A DNA stretch of 64,000 bases. Source: Myxococcota bacterium. Its GTDB lineage: Bacteria > Myxococcota_A > UBA796 > UBA2385. The position numbers and the translations under genes are program-made. Each line of letters begins with the position of its first letter. Position 1 is the first letter of the stretch. Shown here piece by piece: positions 28,295-37,695 of the stretch. Below the pieces are notes generated by a model. The model did no database searches. It saw only the letters and a list, made by a program, of their open reading frames with translations, and was not told where the DNA came from. Where the stretch lies: assembly GCA_044344255.1 (NCBI GenBank), contig JBIJDH010000009.1, positions 64,001 to 128,000 on the forward strand, read 5' to 3'.

Positions 28295-30364
28295 TCAGCC
28301 CTTGGGCGCCTTCGGGGCGCGGGTAGAGGGGCGCCGCGGCCGACGGCGCTTGGGCGCGGCCTCCGGGTCCGCCTCGGCCCCTTCACCTTCACCTTCACCT
28401 GCTCCTTCACCTCCTCCTTCACGGGCGACCGCCGATGAGGGAGGCGCGGCATCGGCGGACTCGGGGGTCGCGGAGGCGGCGCCCTCGAGCGTCGGGGTCA
28501 CCGCTGCGGCGGGGGTCGGCTCGGGGGCGACGACCGAGGAGGGCGTCGCGAAGGCGGGCTCTCCCCGGTCCGCGGCCCGCTCCTCCGGAGCCTCACTCAG
28601 CCCGATAGCGGGCGCCTCCACCGCAGGCTCGAAGCGCGCGGGCTCTGCCTCCTCGCGCCGGGGCGTCGGACGCCAGGGTCGCGGGGCCTCCGGGCGCCAG
28701 GTCGGCGAAGCCTCCGGCCAAGATGCGTCCTCCTGGGCCTGGCGCTCCCGGGCGTCCGAGGCGCTGCGGCTCTCTTCATCGGTGGCGGAGTCGGTGAGCC
28801 AGGCGGAGGGGTCGACCACCGGGCCGTCCTGCCGTCGCAGCTCATTCTCCCGCTGCACCCAAGCGACGAGCTCCTCGGCCTCCTGTCGGTGCTGCTCGTC
28901 CCCCCAGAGGAGGAGTGAGATCGCCGTCGAGTCGTCCAGCACCTCACCGCGCTCGATGAGGAGGCGGATGTAGAAGCGGCGCAGGCTCTCCAGCAGATCC
29001 TCGGCCTCCTTCTTGATGACGAACTGGGCCGTGTGGGAGCGGATCGGGCGGCCGTCCGCGTGGGTGATCTCTCCGGCCGCCTTGAGCGCGTTGATGATCC
29101 CCCTCACCGTGCGGGCGGGCACGTAGGGGTCCGTCTTGCGGCAGCGACGGGCGATGTCGCCGTATGCGTACATGAGCGTGTTTCGCTTCTTTCGGGCTTG
29201 GCGCTCCTGGACGTGATCTACCAGCTCATGCACAACGGTGTGCCGGCTGAAGTGCGTGGCCGGGTGGAAGCCGGCGGCGTCGAGGACGCCACGGAGGCGA
29301 CCTGCAGGTCCGGCGAGGGGGACCTCGTCGATCTCTGCCTCCTCAACCACTGGCGCGACCTCCGCCGGCATCGACCCGACCTCCGGGAGGACAGGGTCCA
29401 GCCCGGCGAGCTCCACCTGATACCCGCCGGCCTTCTCGGAGCGCCGGAGGATCACGAGCGACTTGTCGCGGGCGGCCTCGAGGAAACGGGCGAAGCCCGA
29501 ATACCCGTACTCCGTCTCGTCGAAGGCCGGCTCTTTCCGCTGCATCGACTGCTTGACGAGCCCGGCGAGCACCGGCCCTGGATCGTCTCGCTGGATCCCC
29601 TGGAGCGTCTCGACGAGCAGCGCGAAGGCCGACTCACGATCCGGAACCGGGATCGGGGGCGCGGCGGGCAGCTCGGCGCGCGGAGCCGGCGGAGCGACTA
29701 CCGTGGCGGAGGGCTGGGGGGTGGGGCTGGGCGCGGCAGTGGAGCCCGAGGCCGCATAGGCGGGGGCCGGATAGGCCGGCGCCGAGGGGGCTGGGTAATT
29801 CGGATAGGCCGAGGGGTAGCTCTCGCGGCGCGACGGCTCGGGGCTGTAGGCCGGCTCGTACTCCTGCTCGGAGTAGCGGTCACGCTCGGGGGTGGGGTGG
29901 CGATCCCGGTAGAGCGACTCATAGAACATAAACTCGTCGCAGCACTCCACCAGCAGGCGGCTGCTGCTACCGCGGGTGCCGATGCCGATGACGCGCTTGT
30001 TGAGCTCCTTGAGCCGCATCACGAGGGGGGTGAAGTCGCTGTCCCCGGAGACGACCACGAAGGTGTCGATGTGGCTGCGGGTGTAGGCGATCTCCATCGC
30101 GTCCACGACCAGCGCGATGTCAGCGCGGTTCTTCTCGGCCCCGCGATAGCTGGTGAGCTCGATCATGTTCACGCCCTGCTCGAGCAGGCTCTGCTTGAAC
30201 TTCGCGAAGCGCCCCCAGTCCCCGTAGCTGCGCGACACCAGGATCCGTCCCTTGTCCTTCAGGCGACGGAGGATCGGGCGCAGGTCGAAGCGCCCGAGGC
30301 CCTCCTTCTCCGTGCCGGCGGCGAGGTTCTCGAAGTCGATGAGGACGCAGAGCGTGTGTTCCAA
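28295..30364 (-). CDS. NYN/LabA-DUF88 (PIN-like) nuclease with OST-HTH/LOTUS domain and disordered tail
   Basis: LIDFENL, KNRADIALVVDAM, VSGDSDFTPL, PAFDETEYGYSGFARFLE; TTG start inferred. Confidence 0.88.
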   Translation of the reverse strand: MEHTLCVLIDFENLAAGTEKEGLGRFDLRPILRRLKDKGRILVSRSYGDWGRFAKFKQSLLEQGVNMIELTSYRGAEKNRADIALVVDAMEIAYTRSHIDTFVVVSGDSDFTPLVMRLKELNKRVIGIGTRGSSSRLLVECCDEFMFYESLYRDRHPTPERDRYSEQEYEPAYSPEPSRRESYPSAYPNYPAPSAPAYPAPAYAASGSTAAPSPTPQPSATVVAPPAPRAELPAAPPIPVPDRESAFALLVETLQGIQRDDPGPVLAGLVKQSMQRKEPAFDETEYGYSGFARFLEAARDKSLVILRRSEKAGGYQVELAGLDPVLPEVGSMPAEVAPVVEEAEIDEVPLAGPAGRLRGVLDAAGFHPATHFSRHTVVHELVDHVQERQARKKRNTLMYAYGDIARRCRKTDPYVPARTVRGIINALKAAGEITHADGRPIRSHTAQFVIKKEAEDLLESLRRFYIRLLIERGEVLDDSTAISLLLWGDEQHRQEAEELVAWVQRENELRRQDGPVVDPSAWLTDSATDEESRSASDARERQAQEDASWPEASPTWRPEAPRPWRPTPRREEAEPARFEPAVEAPAIGLSEAPEERAADRGEPAFATPSSVVAPEPTPAAAVTPTLEGAASATPESADAAPPSSAVAREGGGEGAGEGEGEGAEADPEAAPKRRRPRRPSTRAPKAPKG

Positions 30365-30580
30365 GGGGGGTTCCGGGGAGGAAAGGGGGCAGGGGAGGGG
30401 GCCAGAGCGCGGGGCAGGGAGATCGAGGCGGGCGGGGCAGGAGCGGGGAGGAGACTGAGCTCGAGACCCCATTTGGGTAGGAAAGCACGCAGACGTAGCG
30501 CATGGGGCAGAGGTCCACAAGGTGGGGGTCCGCAAGGCGGGCCACGCCGAGATAGGCTGTTCGCCCGCTCAGGAGATCGC

Positions 30581-31459
30581 GTGTCGCAGCAGGACAACAT
30601 TTCGCCTCCGTCCTCGAGCCCCAAGGTGGAGACGGACCCGCGCGCGGGCTTCTCGGGCACGCTCAAGTACATCGCCGACGAAGGGCTGATGGCCGACGTC
30701 AACGCCGCCGTCGTCCTCGGTCGCCCGATCCTGGTCCGCGGCGAGCCGGGCACCGGCAAGACCCAGCTCGCCCACGCCGTCGCCGAGGCCCTGGGGATGC
30801 CCCTGCTCACCTGGCACGTCAAGTCGACGACCACCGCCAAAGAGGGGCTGTACCACTACGACGTGGTCCAGCGCCTCAATGACAGCCGCTTCGGCGACAA
30901 GGACGCCGTCTCCAATATTCGCCGATACATTCACCAGGGCGTGCTCGGGCGGGCCTTCCTGTCCACCGAGCGCGTGGTGATGCTGATCGACGAGATCGAC
31001 AAGGCGGACATCGAGTTCCCGAATGATCTGCTGCGCGAGCTCGATGAGATGGCCTTTCACATCCCCGAGATCGACGAGACCGTGCGGGCCATTCAGCGCC
31101 CGGTCACCATCATCACCTCGAACGCCGAGAAGGAGCTGCCGGACGCCTTCCTCCGCCGCTGCCTCTTCCACTACATCTCCTTCCCGGACAAGGAGCGCCT
31201 GAAACGAATCGTGGACGCCCACATGCCCACCCTCGACAAGGAGCTGGTCGACGCGGCGATTGAGCGCTTCTACGGCATCCGGCGCATCGAGGGGCTGCGG
31301 AAGAAGCCGAGCACGAGCGAGCTGCTCGACTGGCTCTTCGTCCTCGCGCGGTCCGGAGCCAACCCGACGGAAATCGCCAAGCGGCTGCCCTATCCGGGGA
31401 TCCTGGTGAAACAGGAGAAGGACGTCGAGCTCCTCCGCCAGAAGAAGCTGATTCACTGA
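30581..31459 (+). CDS. MoxR-family AAA+ ATPase
   Basis: GEPGTGKT, LIDEIDKADIEFPNDLL, ELPDAFLRRC, KKPSTSELLDW; AGGAG SD. Confidence 0.92.
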   Translation: MSQQDNISPPSSSPKVETDPRAGFSGTLKYIADEGLMADVNAAVVLGRPILVRGEPGTGKTQLAHAVAEALGMPLLTWHVKSTTTAKEGLYHYDVVQRLNDSRFGDKDAVSNIRRYIHQGVLGRAFLSTERVVMLIDEIDKADIEFPNDLLRELDEMAFHIPEIDETVRAIQRPVTIITSNAEKELPDAFLRRCLFHYISFPDKERLKRIVDAHMPTLDKELVDAAIERFYGIRRIEGLRKKPSTSELLDWLFVLARSGANPTEIAKRLPYPGILVKQEKDVELLRQKKLIH

Positions 31460-32610
31460 TGTTCCAGCTCCTCCTGTTCAATCTTCGGGCCCAGGGAAAC
31501 AAGGTGGGCCTCGGAGAGTGGCTCGCCTTCCTGGACGGCGTGGAGCGGGGGTTGGCCACCGATCTCGACAGCCTCTATCACTTCGGCCGCGCGGTGCTGG
31601 TGCACAGCGAGTCCGGCTATGACCCCTACGACGTGGCGTTTCAGGCCACCTTCGCGGGGGTCGAGCTGCCACCGCAAGTCAATCAGCAGCTCCAGGATTG
31701 GCTGCGAGACGCGCGAGAGGCGATGGGGGAGAGGGTCGCCACCGAGCTGAGCCCCGAGCAGCTGCGCGCCCTCTTCCTCGAGCGGCTGAAGGAACAGAAG
31801 GAGCGCCACGATGGTGGGAGCCGCTGGATCGGCACCGGCGGGACGTCGCCCTTCGGCAATTCTGGGGCCGCCGAGGGCGGCGTGCAGGCCGGTGGGGGCG
31901 GCGGTCGCTCCGCGGTGCTGGTGGCCGGCGACCGCCGCTGGGCCAACTACCGCACCGACAAGACGCTCGATCACCGTGACTTCCAGGTCGCGCTGCGGGC
32001 CCTGCGCAACCTCGCACGCGAGGGGGCGATGGAGCTTGACCTCGACCAGACCATCGACCGCACCTGCCAAAACGCGGGTGAGATCGAGCTCGCGTACGAC
32101 CGGGAGCGGCAGAACCGGGTGCACCTCGTGCTCGTGATGGACACGGGCGGCTCGATGAGCCCCCACACCCGCCTCGTCGAGCAGCTCTTCACCGCGGCCC
32201 AAGAGATGAAGGGTTTCAAGACCTTTCAGGCGCTCTATTTTCACAACGCGCCCTATGGGTTCCTCTTCGAAGACTACGACACCTACAAGCGCCGGCCGAT
32301 CGACGAGATCATGCGGGACTGGACCCCGCAGCACCGCCTGCTGTTCGTCGGCGACGCCTCGATGGCGCCCTATGAGCTGTTCACCCCCTTTGGCTTCGAC
32401 CCCTGGCGCACGAACGGCGGCCACCTCTCCGGCCTCGACTGGCTCCAGTTCATGAGGCGGCGCTGCCCGGCCAGCGCCTGGGTCAACCCGGACCCCCAGC
32501 GCTGGTGGGACCACCCCACCGTGCGCGCGATCGGCGGGGTCTTTCCGATGTTCCCCCTGACGATGGAGGGGCTCCGAGACGCCGTGCGCTCCCTCCGCGC
32601 ACCCACCTGA
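31459..32610 (+). CDS. VWA-domain (CoxE-like) partner of MoxR
   Basis: WIGTGGTSPFG, MDTGGSM MIDAS-like motif, YFHN, GDASMAPYEL; TGATG coupling. Confidence 0.88.
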   Translation: MFQLLLFNLRAQGNKVGLGEWLAFLDGVERGLATDLDSLYHFGRAVLVHSESGYDPYDVAFQATFAGVELPPQVNQQLQDWLRDAREAMGERVATELSPEQLRALFLERLKEQKERHDGGSRWIGTGGTSPFGNSGAAEGGVQAGGGGGRSAVLVAGDRRWANYRTDKTLDHRDFQVALRALRNLAREGAMELDLDQTIDRTCQNAGEIELAYDRERQNRVHLVLVMDTGGSMSPHTRLVEQLFTAAQEMKGFKTFQALYFHNAPYGFLFEDYDTYKRRPIDEIMRDWTPQHRLLFVGDASMAPYELFTPFGFDPWRTNGGHLSGLDWLQFMRRRCPASAWVNPDPQRWWDHPTVRAIGGVFPMFPLTMEGLRDAVRSLRAPT

Positions 32611-32632
32611 CCGCCCCACCGAGAGTGCCCTG

Positions 32633-33175
32633 ATGTTGCCGCTGCTCCGAACCGGGCTCCCCCGCGCCCGCGCCGCCACCCTCACGCTGCCGCTCCCTCT
32701 GAGACTCACCCTGTCTATCGCCCTCGCCGCCTGCGGAGACAAGGGTGACTCGGGGGCCATCGCCTGCGAGCCTGGAGCCGCCGAGGCGGGCCACCTCGTG
32801 GGCGAGCTCGACGGCGCGGCCTACGACGCGCCGGAGGCCACCTGGACCTGGTCTGGAGAGAACCTCCAGATCAACACCGCCACCCACGAGGGGTGGCACA
32901 TGACGGTGGTCGGAAAGGAGACCGACGGCGGCAGCGTGAAGGCCGCCGCGGACGCCGGGGACTACCCGATCGAGGTCAAGCTGTCCGACGCCGGCGGCGG
33001 CTTCGCGCTCGCTTATCCGGCGTCGGGCTCGACCTACACATCGGACGCGGGCGGCGGCTCCCTCGTCTTCACCGAGATCGGGGCCGAGGCGGTGGGCTGC
33101 GTCTCCTTCGAGGCCTCCGACGGGTCGGAGACGGTCACGCTGTCCGGGGGCGCCTTTCGCGCCGTCGCGTTCTGA
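32633..33175 (+). CDS. Hypothetical lipoprotein
   Basis: Lipobox LAAC; beta-rich mature domain; start may lie further downstream. Confidence 0.65.
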   Translation: MLPLLRTGLPRARAATLTLPLPLRLTLSIALAACGDKGDSGAIACEPGAAEAGHLVGELDGAAYDAPEATWTWSGENLQINTATHEGWHMTVVGKETDGGSVKAAADAGDYPIEVKLSDAGGGFALAYPASGSTYTSDAGGGSLVFTEIGAEAVGCVSFEASDGSETVTLSGGAFRAVAF

Positions 33176-33205
33176 CGGCTTCACCGTAAACCGACGTTAC
33201 ACCTA

Positions 33206-33835
33206 TCAGAAGGTGTGCTCCGGCAGGGCCATGTTGGCGGCCTTCATCGCCCGAGCCACCGCGGTGACGAGGTTGAAGTCTCCGCAGTCGTCGGCCACAC
33301 GAGCGGCCTCTCGGAGCGCGGCCTCGGTGCGATCGGGGAGGCGGGCCAGGGTGAGGAGGGCGAGGATCCGCTCCCGATGGTCACCAGCGGCGATGGCACC
33401 GTCGAGCGCGAGCTCGGCCATCCGCTCGCCCTCCTCGAGCTCGCCCGCGTCGAGGCGGGCGTTGGCCCAGGCCACCGCGGTGTCCGGGGCGGCGGGCGGG
33501 CGGGCGACGGCGGCCTGCGCCATCGCCGCGGCCTGGAGCTGGCGAAGCGCGGCGAGCCCATCCGCGTCACCGGCGCTGCGAGCCGCCCGGAGGCCCTGCG
33601 TGAGGGCGGCCATCGCACCGGCGGCGTCGGCCTGATGCAGGCGAGCCTGCGCGACCCAGGCGTAGATGCGGGCCTCCAGCTTTGGACGGCCCTTCGCCGC
33701 GTCCAGCGCCGCAGGCGCCGCGGCGAGGGCGGCCCCGCTGTCGCCGCGTTGGAGGGCCAGGTACATCCCATACGCGAGCTGATCGGCGCTCGTCCCGGCG
33801 TCCGGCGGGCTGTCCGAGCTCGACATCTCAGCCAT
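33206..33835 (-). CDS. Helical (TPR-like) hypothetical protein
   Basis: Ala/Leu-rich amphipathic helices; start overlaps the stop of the AhcY-like gene; GGAGG upstream. Confidence 0.6.
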   Translation of the reverse strand: MAEMSSSDSPPDAGTSADQLAYGMYLALQRGDSGAALAAAPAALDAAKGRPKLEARIYAWVAQARLHQADAAGAMAALTQGLRAARSAGDADGLAALRQLQAAAMAQAAVARPPAAPDTAVAWANARLDAGELEEGERMAELALDGAIAAGDHRERILALLTLARLPDRTEAALREAARVADDCGDFNLVTAVARAMKAANMALPEHTF

Positions 33836-34994
33836 GCCCCCGCCGGAGGGCCTGCAGGGCGAGCCCCGCCGCTTCTTGTTCGATCGCGAGCGGCACGATG
33901 TGCTCACCGGGGGCCGGAGTGGCGCGCGTGAGCCACTCGAGCGTCAACCCCAGGACCGCGAAGTGGAGCAGCACGGGCTCGGGCGAGCCCGAGTTCATCA
34001 CGATGTTGAGCGGGTGCCCATCGCTCAGCAAGACGAGGCGGGGGCCCTCCTCGAGCTTGTAGCCGACCACGTGATCCGAGATCTGGTCGACGCTGGTAGC
34101 CGCGGCCTTGATCGCCGGGACGTCGAGCTCATCACCGCCGTGCCCGGCGTTGATCAGGACCACGCCGTCCCGCGCCCCGCGGAGCGTGTTTGGGGTGACG
34201 ACCGAGCGTTGCCCCGTGCAGGTGACGATGATGCCGACCCGACCCACACACTCGGCGAGGCTGCTCGTGGGGTAGCCGTCGTAATGTGCGCAGAGGCTCT
34301 GAATGGCGTCGGTCTCGACGACCTCGACCTGCGCTCCCGCGGCGCGGGCATAGGCGCAGACCCCACGCCCCACCGGACCGTAGCCGATGACCCCGACCCG
34401 GCGGCCGCTCAGGTGCATGCCGGTGAGGGTCTGGACGGCGTGCCAGAGGCCCTCCCCGACGCCGTGCCGGTTCTCAATCGCCGGCTTTAGACGGCCATCA
34501 TTGATGTTGATCACGGGGAAGGGGGCGTCGACACCGGAGAGGGCGGTCATTCCCGACTTCGTGACCTCCACGGCGCCCAGCGTCCGGGCCGCCTGTTCCG
34601 GCCGATGCCGCAGGAGGGTGCCGATGAGGTCCGCGCCCACGTCCGCGACGAGCTCGGGCTCGTGATCGAGGACCTGGAGCAGGGAGTCCTCACGGCTGCC
34701 CGTGGTGTAGACGGGGAGCCCGTCGTCGCGGAGGAGATCGACCACCCCGTGATCGGTGGTGGCCTCGGAGGCCCCGCAGAGCACCCAGTCGCCGCCACCG
34801 AGCACGAGCTCCCGCACCAGGGCCGCCGTGAGCGTCGTGAGGTGCGCAGAGATCGCGATGGTGCGCCCTTCGAAGGGGCGAGTGGCAGCCCAGCGGTTCC
34901 CAAGCAGGGGAAGTATCGGAAAGAAGGCGTTTATCCTGGCGAGCTCCGCCGCCGCACGCGCAGAACGATTCTCGGGGCGGTGCTTCCTCTCCAT
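33828..34994 (-). CDS. Adenosylhomocysteinase-family protein (divergent AhcY paralog)
   Basis: RPFEG, AHLT, FPVININD, ENRHGVG, GYGPVGRG, NAGH; several substrate-contacting residues differ from canonical AhcY. Confidence 0.85.
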   Translation of the reverse strand: MERKHRPENRSARAAAELARINAFFPILPLLGNRWAATRPFEGRTIAISAHLTTLTAALVRELVLGGGDWVLCGASEATTDHGVVDLLRDDGLPVYTTGSREDSLLQVLDHEPELVADVGADLIGTLLRHRPEQAARTLGAVEVTKSGMTALSGVDAPFPVININDGRLKPAIENRHGVGEGLWHAVQTLTGMHLSGRRVGVIGYGPVGRGVCAYARAAGAQVEVVETDAIQSLCAHYDGYPTSSLAECVGRVGIIVTCTGQRSVVTPNTLRGARDGVVLINAGHGGDELDVPAIKAAATSVDQISDHVVGYKLEEGPRLVLLSDGHPLNIVMNSGSPEPVLLHFAVLGLTLEWLTRATPAPGEHIVPLAIEQEAAGLALQALRRGHG

Positions 34995-35121
34995 CGGCTC
35001 CTCCAGTGGGGCCTGAGCGCCAGGCCAGCCGGGCCCCTATCCCACCCGCGCACAGACGGCGGCGCCACGGCGGAGCGACGACGAACCGGGTCCGGCCCTG
35101 GAGCCACACCCTTCGGGGAGC

Positions 35122-35811
35122 TCAGGCCGGAAAGACCCAGCCGTCAAGCCAATTCTGAAGGATCTTCTTTCCGTGATCGGTGGCGCTGACGGGGGCCTCG
35201 ATGCCCCGCGCGTGGAGGAGGTCGCGCATCGCGGCCTCGCTCATCTCGGGGTGGAATTGGACCGCCCGCAGGCGGCGCCCCCAGGCGAAGCTCTGCCAGG
35301 CCGTGTTCTCATTCCCGCCAAGGAGCACCGCCCCCTCGGGCGGCCGCACCAGGATGTCGCGGTGGGTGGACTGCACCCGCAGCGTGTCGGGAAGCCCCTC
35401 GAAGAGCGGGTCGGCCCGGCCCGCTTCGGTGAGCCCGACGCTGATGGTGCCGTACTCCCCGCCGCGCGGGTTCGCCTCCACCCTCCCCCCGAGGGCCTCT
35501 CCGACGAGCTGATGGCCGAAGCAGACGGCGAGCACGGGCACCCGTTCGGAGGCCCGCAGCGTCCAGGCGGCGAGGGCGCCCATCCAAGGGGCCTCGTCGC
35601 GCACCGACAGGGGAGAGCCGGTGAGCAGGATCCCGTCCCAGCCCTCCATCATCGGCAGCGTATCCTTGGAATAGGCCCTTACCACAGATGGGCGTGCGCC
35701 GGCTCCCTCAAGAAAGCGTACAAACCAACTGTCATAATCGCCGTGTGTGGCGATCACCGCTGGGTTGGTGGAGCCGGTCTGGACGACGAGGACGCGCGGT
35801 GCAGGGGGCAT
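35122..35811 (-). CDS. Class I glutamine amidotransferase-like protein
   Basis: LTGSP, VCFGHQ nucleophile elbow, VQFHPE. Confidence 0.9.
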   Translation of the reverse strand: MPPAPRVLVVQTGSTNPAVIATHGDYDSWFVRFLEGAGARPSVVRAYSKDTLPMMEGWDGILLTGSPLSVRDEAPWMGALAAWTLRASERVPVLAVCFGHQLVGEALGGRVEANPRGGEYGTISVGLTEAGRADPLFEGLPDTLRVQSTHRDILVRPPEGAVLLGGNENTAWQSFAWGRRLRAVQFHPEMSEAAMRDLLHARGIEAPVSATDHGKKILQNWLDGWVFPA

Positions 35812-35837
35812 CTGCTCCCCTATCCTGACCGGGCGCC

Positions 35838-36725
35838 TCAGCCCTCGAAGCACTCACGGATGAGCTGCCGCACCACATGGGGCAGCTCCTGCCACACCGG
35901 CGCGCGGTACCGCCGGCCTCGTCCGGCCCGGGCCATCCGCTCGCAGGTGCGGACGCCCTGCGGCTCCTCGGCCCCCACCTGGACCACGTGGAGCAGCGGG
36001 TAACGAGCGGCCACCTTCACGGGGTCCCAGCCGACGTTGGCGATGCCGTCGGTCATGATGATGCCGGCTCGCTCCCGCCGCGAGGAGCGGTTGAGCTGTT
36101 CGAGGCCCATCAGCAGCCCGCCCTCGATGTTGGTGTAGCCCTGCGCGGGCACCCCGAGCACCCGCCGCACGAGCTCACGCACCGGCACCTCGGAGCCCAT
36201 CGGCACGAGCAGGTGAGCGACGGTGTCAAAGCTCACGGCCGCGAGGCGGTCGAGCTTGATGCGGAGGATGGCGGCGGCGAGGGCGGTGAGGGCGATCTTC
36301 TCGCCCGTCATGGACAGGGACATGTCGAGGATCACGACCACGTCAGCCTCTCGGGGCTCTCGCCGTCGAATGACGATGTCTTCGGGCCGCCAGGGCCTTG
36401 GCACCTCGACGGTGGAATCGACGTCGAGCTCCCCATCGGCGGGGTAGCCGTGCGCCACAGAGACCATGGGCCGCGCCGCGTGACGGAGCATCTCGCGGGC
36501 CCGATCGAGGACCGCGTCTACTGCCCGCTCCTCGACCTCTCTTCGGAGGGAGGAGGGCAGGACGCGCTTCAGCTTGTGGAGCTGGGTGGCGGCCTCCCAG
36601 CCGGTGGGGAGCTGCGCGAGCTGGAGATCGAGAGACGGAGTGGCCACATAGGGCTGAAAGGGGGACTCTCGATCGTGCTCAGGGTCCGAGCCCGCCTCTC
36701 CGAGGTCGAGCTGCGGCTTCGTCAC
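35838..36725 (-). CDS. VWA-domain protein (possibly made as the C-terminal half of a frameshift fusion)
   Basis: LDMSLSM MIDAS, GYTNI, MTDG; GTG start without SD; lies in the -1 frame of the upstream MoxR gene. Confidence 0.85.
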   Translation of the reverse strand: MTKPQLDLGEAGSDPEHDRESPFQPYVATPSLDLQLAQLPTGWEAATQLHKLKRVLPSSLRREVEERAVDAVLDRAREMLRHAARPMVSVAHGYPADGELDVDSTVEVPRPWRPEDIVIRRREPREADVVVILDMSLSMTGEKIALTALAAAILRIKLDRLAAVSFDTVAHLLVPMGSEVPVRELVRRVLGVPAQGYTNIEGGLLMGLEQLNRSSRRERAGIIMTDGIANVGWDPVKVAARYPLLHVVQVGAEEPQGVRTCERMARAGRGRRYRAPVWQELPHVVRQLIRECFEG

Positions 36726-37618
36726 CGCGGTGGAGTTTTTTTTTGCAGGTCCTTCAGCACGAGCTCGAAGGGGGTCTCGCGGGCGTCCTGGAGCTCGATG
36801 CGGGTGGGGAGGGCCATGGCCGCGGCGGCGTCGAGGTCTCCACCGAGCTCCGTCGCGAGATCGGCGATGGCCACGGCCGCGCGCACGCTGGCGCCCCGGC
36901 GGATGCGCGGATCGGAGCGGGTGGCGCGCACCAGGGCCACTGCGGCGACGATGAGGTCACGCTCCGGCTCCCGCTGGGCCTCCTGGAGCACGATCACCTG
37001 CTCCTCCTCTGCGCTCTGGTAGCCGAGGCGCACCAGCTCGAAGCGGTCGAGCAGGGCCTCCGAGAGGTGGCCGGTGGCCACGAATTCAGCGGGGTTCTGC
37101 GTAGCGACCACGCCGAAGCCTTGGCGGGCCCGCACGAGGCCAAAGTGGGGGACATGCACGATCCCCTCGTCGAGGGCCGGCAACAGGACGTTTTGGACCC
37201 CCTCGGGCATCCGGTTGAGCTCATTGATGAAGAGGATGGCCCCCTCCCGCATCGCCGTGACCAGCGGACCGGCGACGAAGAGCTCGGGCAGGTACCCCTT
37301 CTCGAGGACGCCCGGCGGATCGAAGTGCCCGACCAGCTTGGCCTCGCTGTACCGCCCGTCTCCGTCGACCCGCACCCAGCCGCGGCCGATCCCCTCGGTG
37401 ACCGCGCGAGCCAGGGCCGTCTTGCCGACGCCGACGGGGCCCTCGAGCAAGACGTTGCGCCCCGTACGCAGCCCGGCCACGAGGGCCCTGAGCTCTGCGC
37501 GGCGCCCGACGATGCCATGGGCCAGCGCGAGGCTGTCGATGTCCAGGGGCGGGTGACGGCTCGGCCCGCCGAGTGAGCCGAGGGGAGCGCCGAGAGGGGA
37601 GCGGCTGTCGTGGTCCAT
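36722..37618 (-). CDS. MoxR-type AAA+ ATPase
   Basis: GPVGVGKT, LFINELNR (Walker B Asp to Asn), ATQNP, LSEALLDRF, GASVRAA. Confidence 0.9.
   Translation of the reverse strand: MDHDSRSPLGAPLGSLGGPSRHPPLDIDSLALAHGIVGRRAELRALVAGLRTGRNVLLEGPVGVGKTALARAVTEGIGRGWVRVDGDGRYSEAKLVGHFDPPGVLEKGYLPELFVAGPLVTAMREGAILFINELNRMPEGVQNVLLPALDEGIVHVPHFGLVRARQGFGVVATQNPAEFVATGHLSEALLDRFELVRLGYQSAEEEQVIVLQEAQREPERDLIVAAVALVRATRSDPRIRRGASVRAAVAIADLATELGGDLDAAAAMALPTRIELQDARETPFELVLKDLQKKTPPR
36736..36744 (-). other. A9 slippery sequence (candidate -1 ribosomal frameshift or transcriptional slippage site)
   Basis: CAA AAA AAA ACT just before the MoxR stop; the -1 frame is open into the VWA ORF. Confidence 0.65.
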
Positions 37619-37695
37619 GGTGGGGCCCCAAGAGGGTGTCCGCCCTATCCCGTCCCTCGGCCGACGGGAGGCGGGGGACCGGATATGCCCGCCCG

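Noticed and set aside
31440..31461. Frameshift fusion of the first MoxR-VWA pair
   Set aside because: Lys codons are AAG AAG with no slippery run; this is ordinary TGATG coupling.
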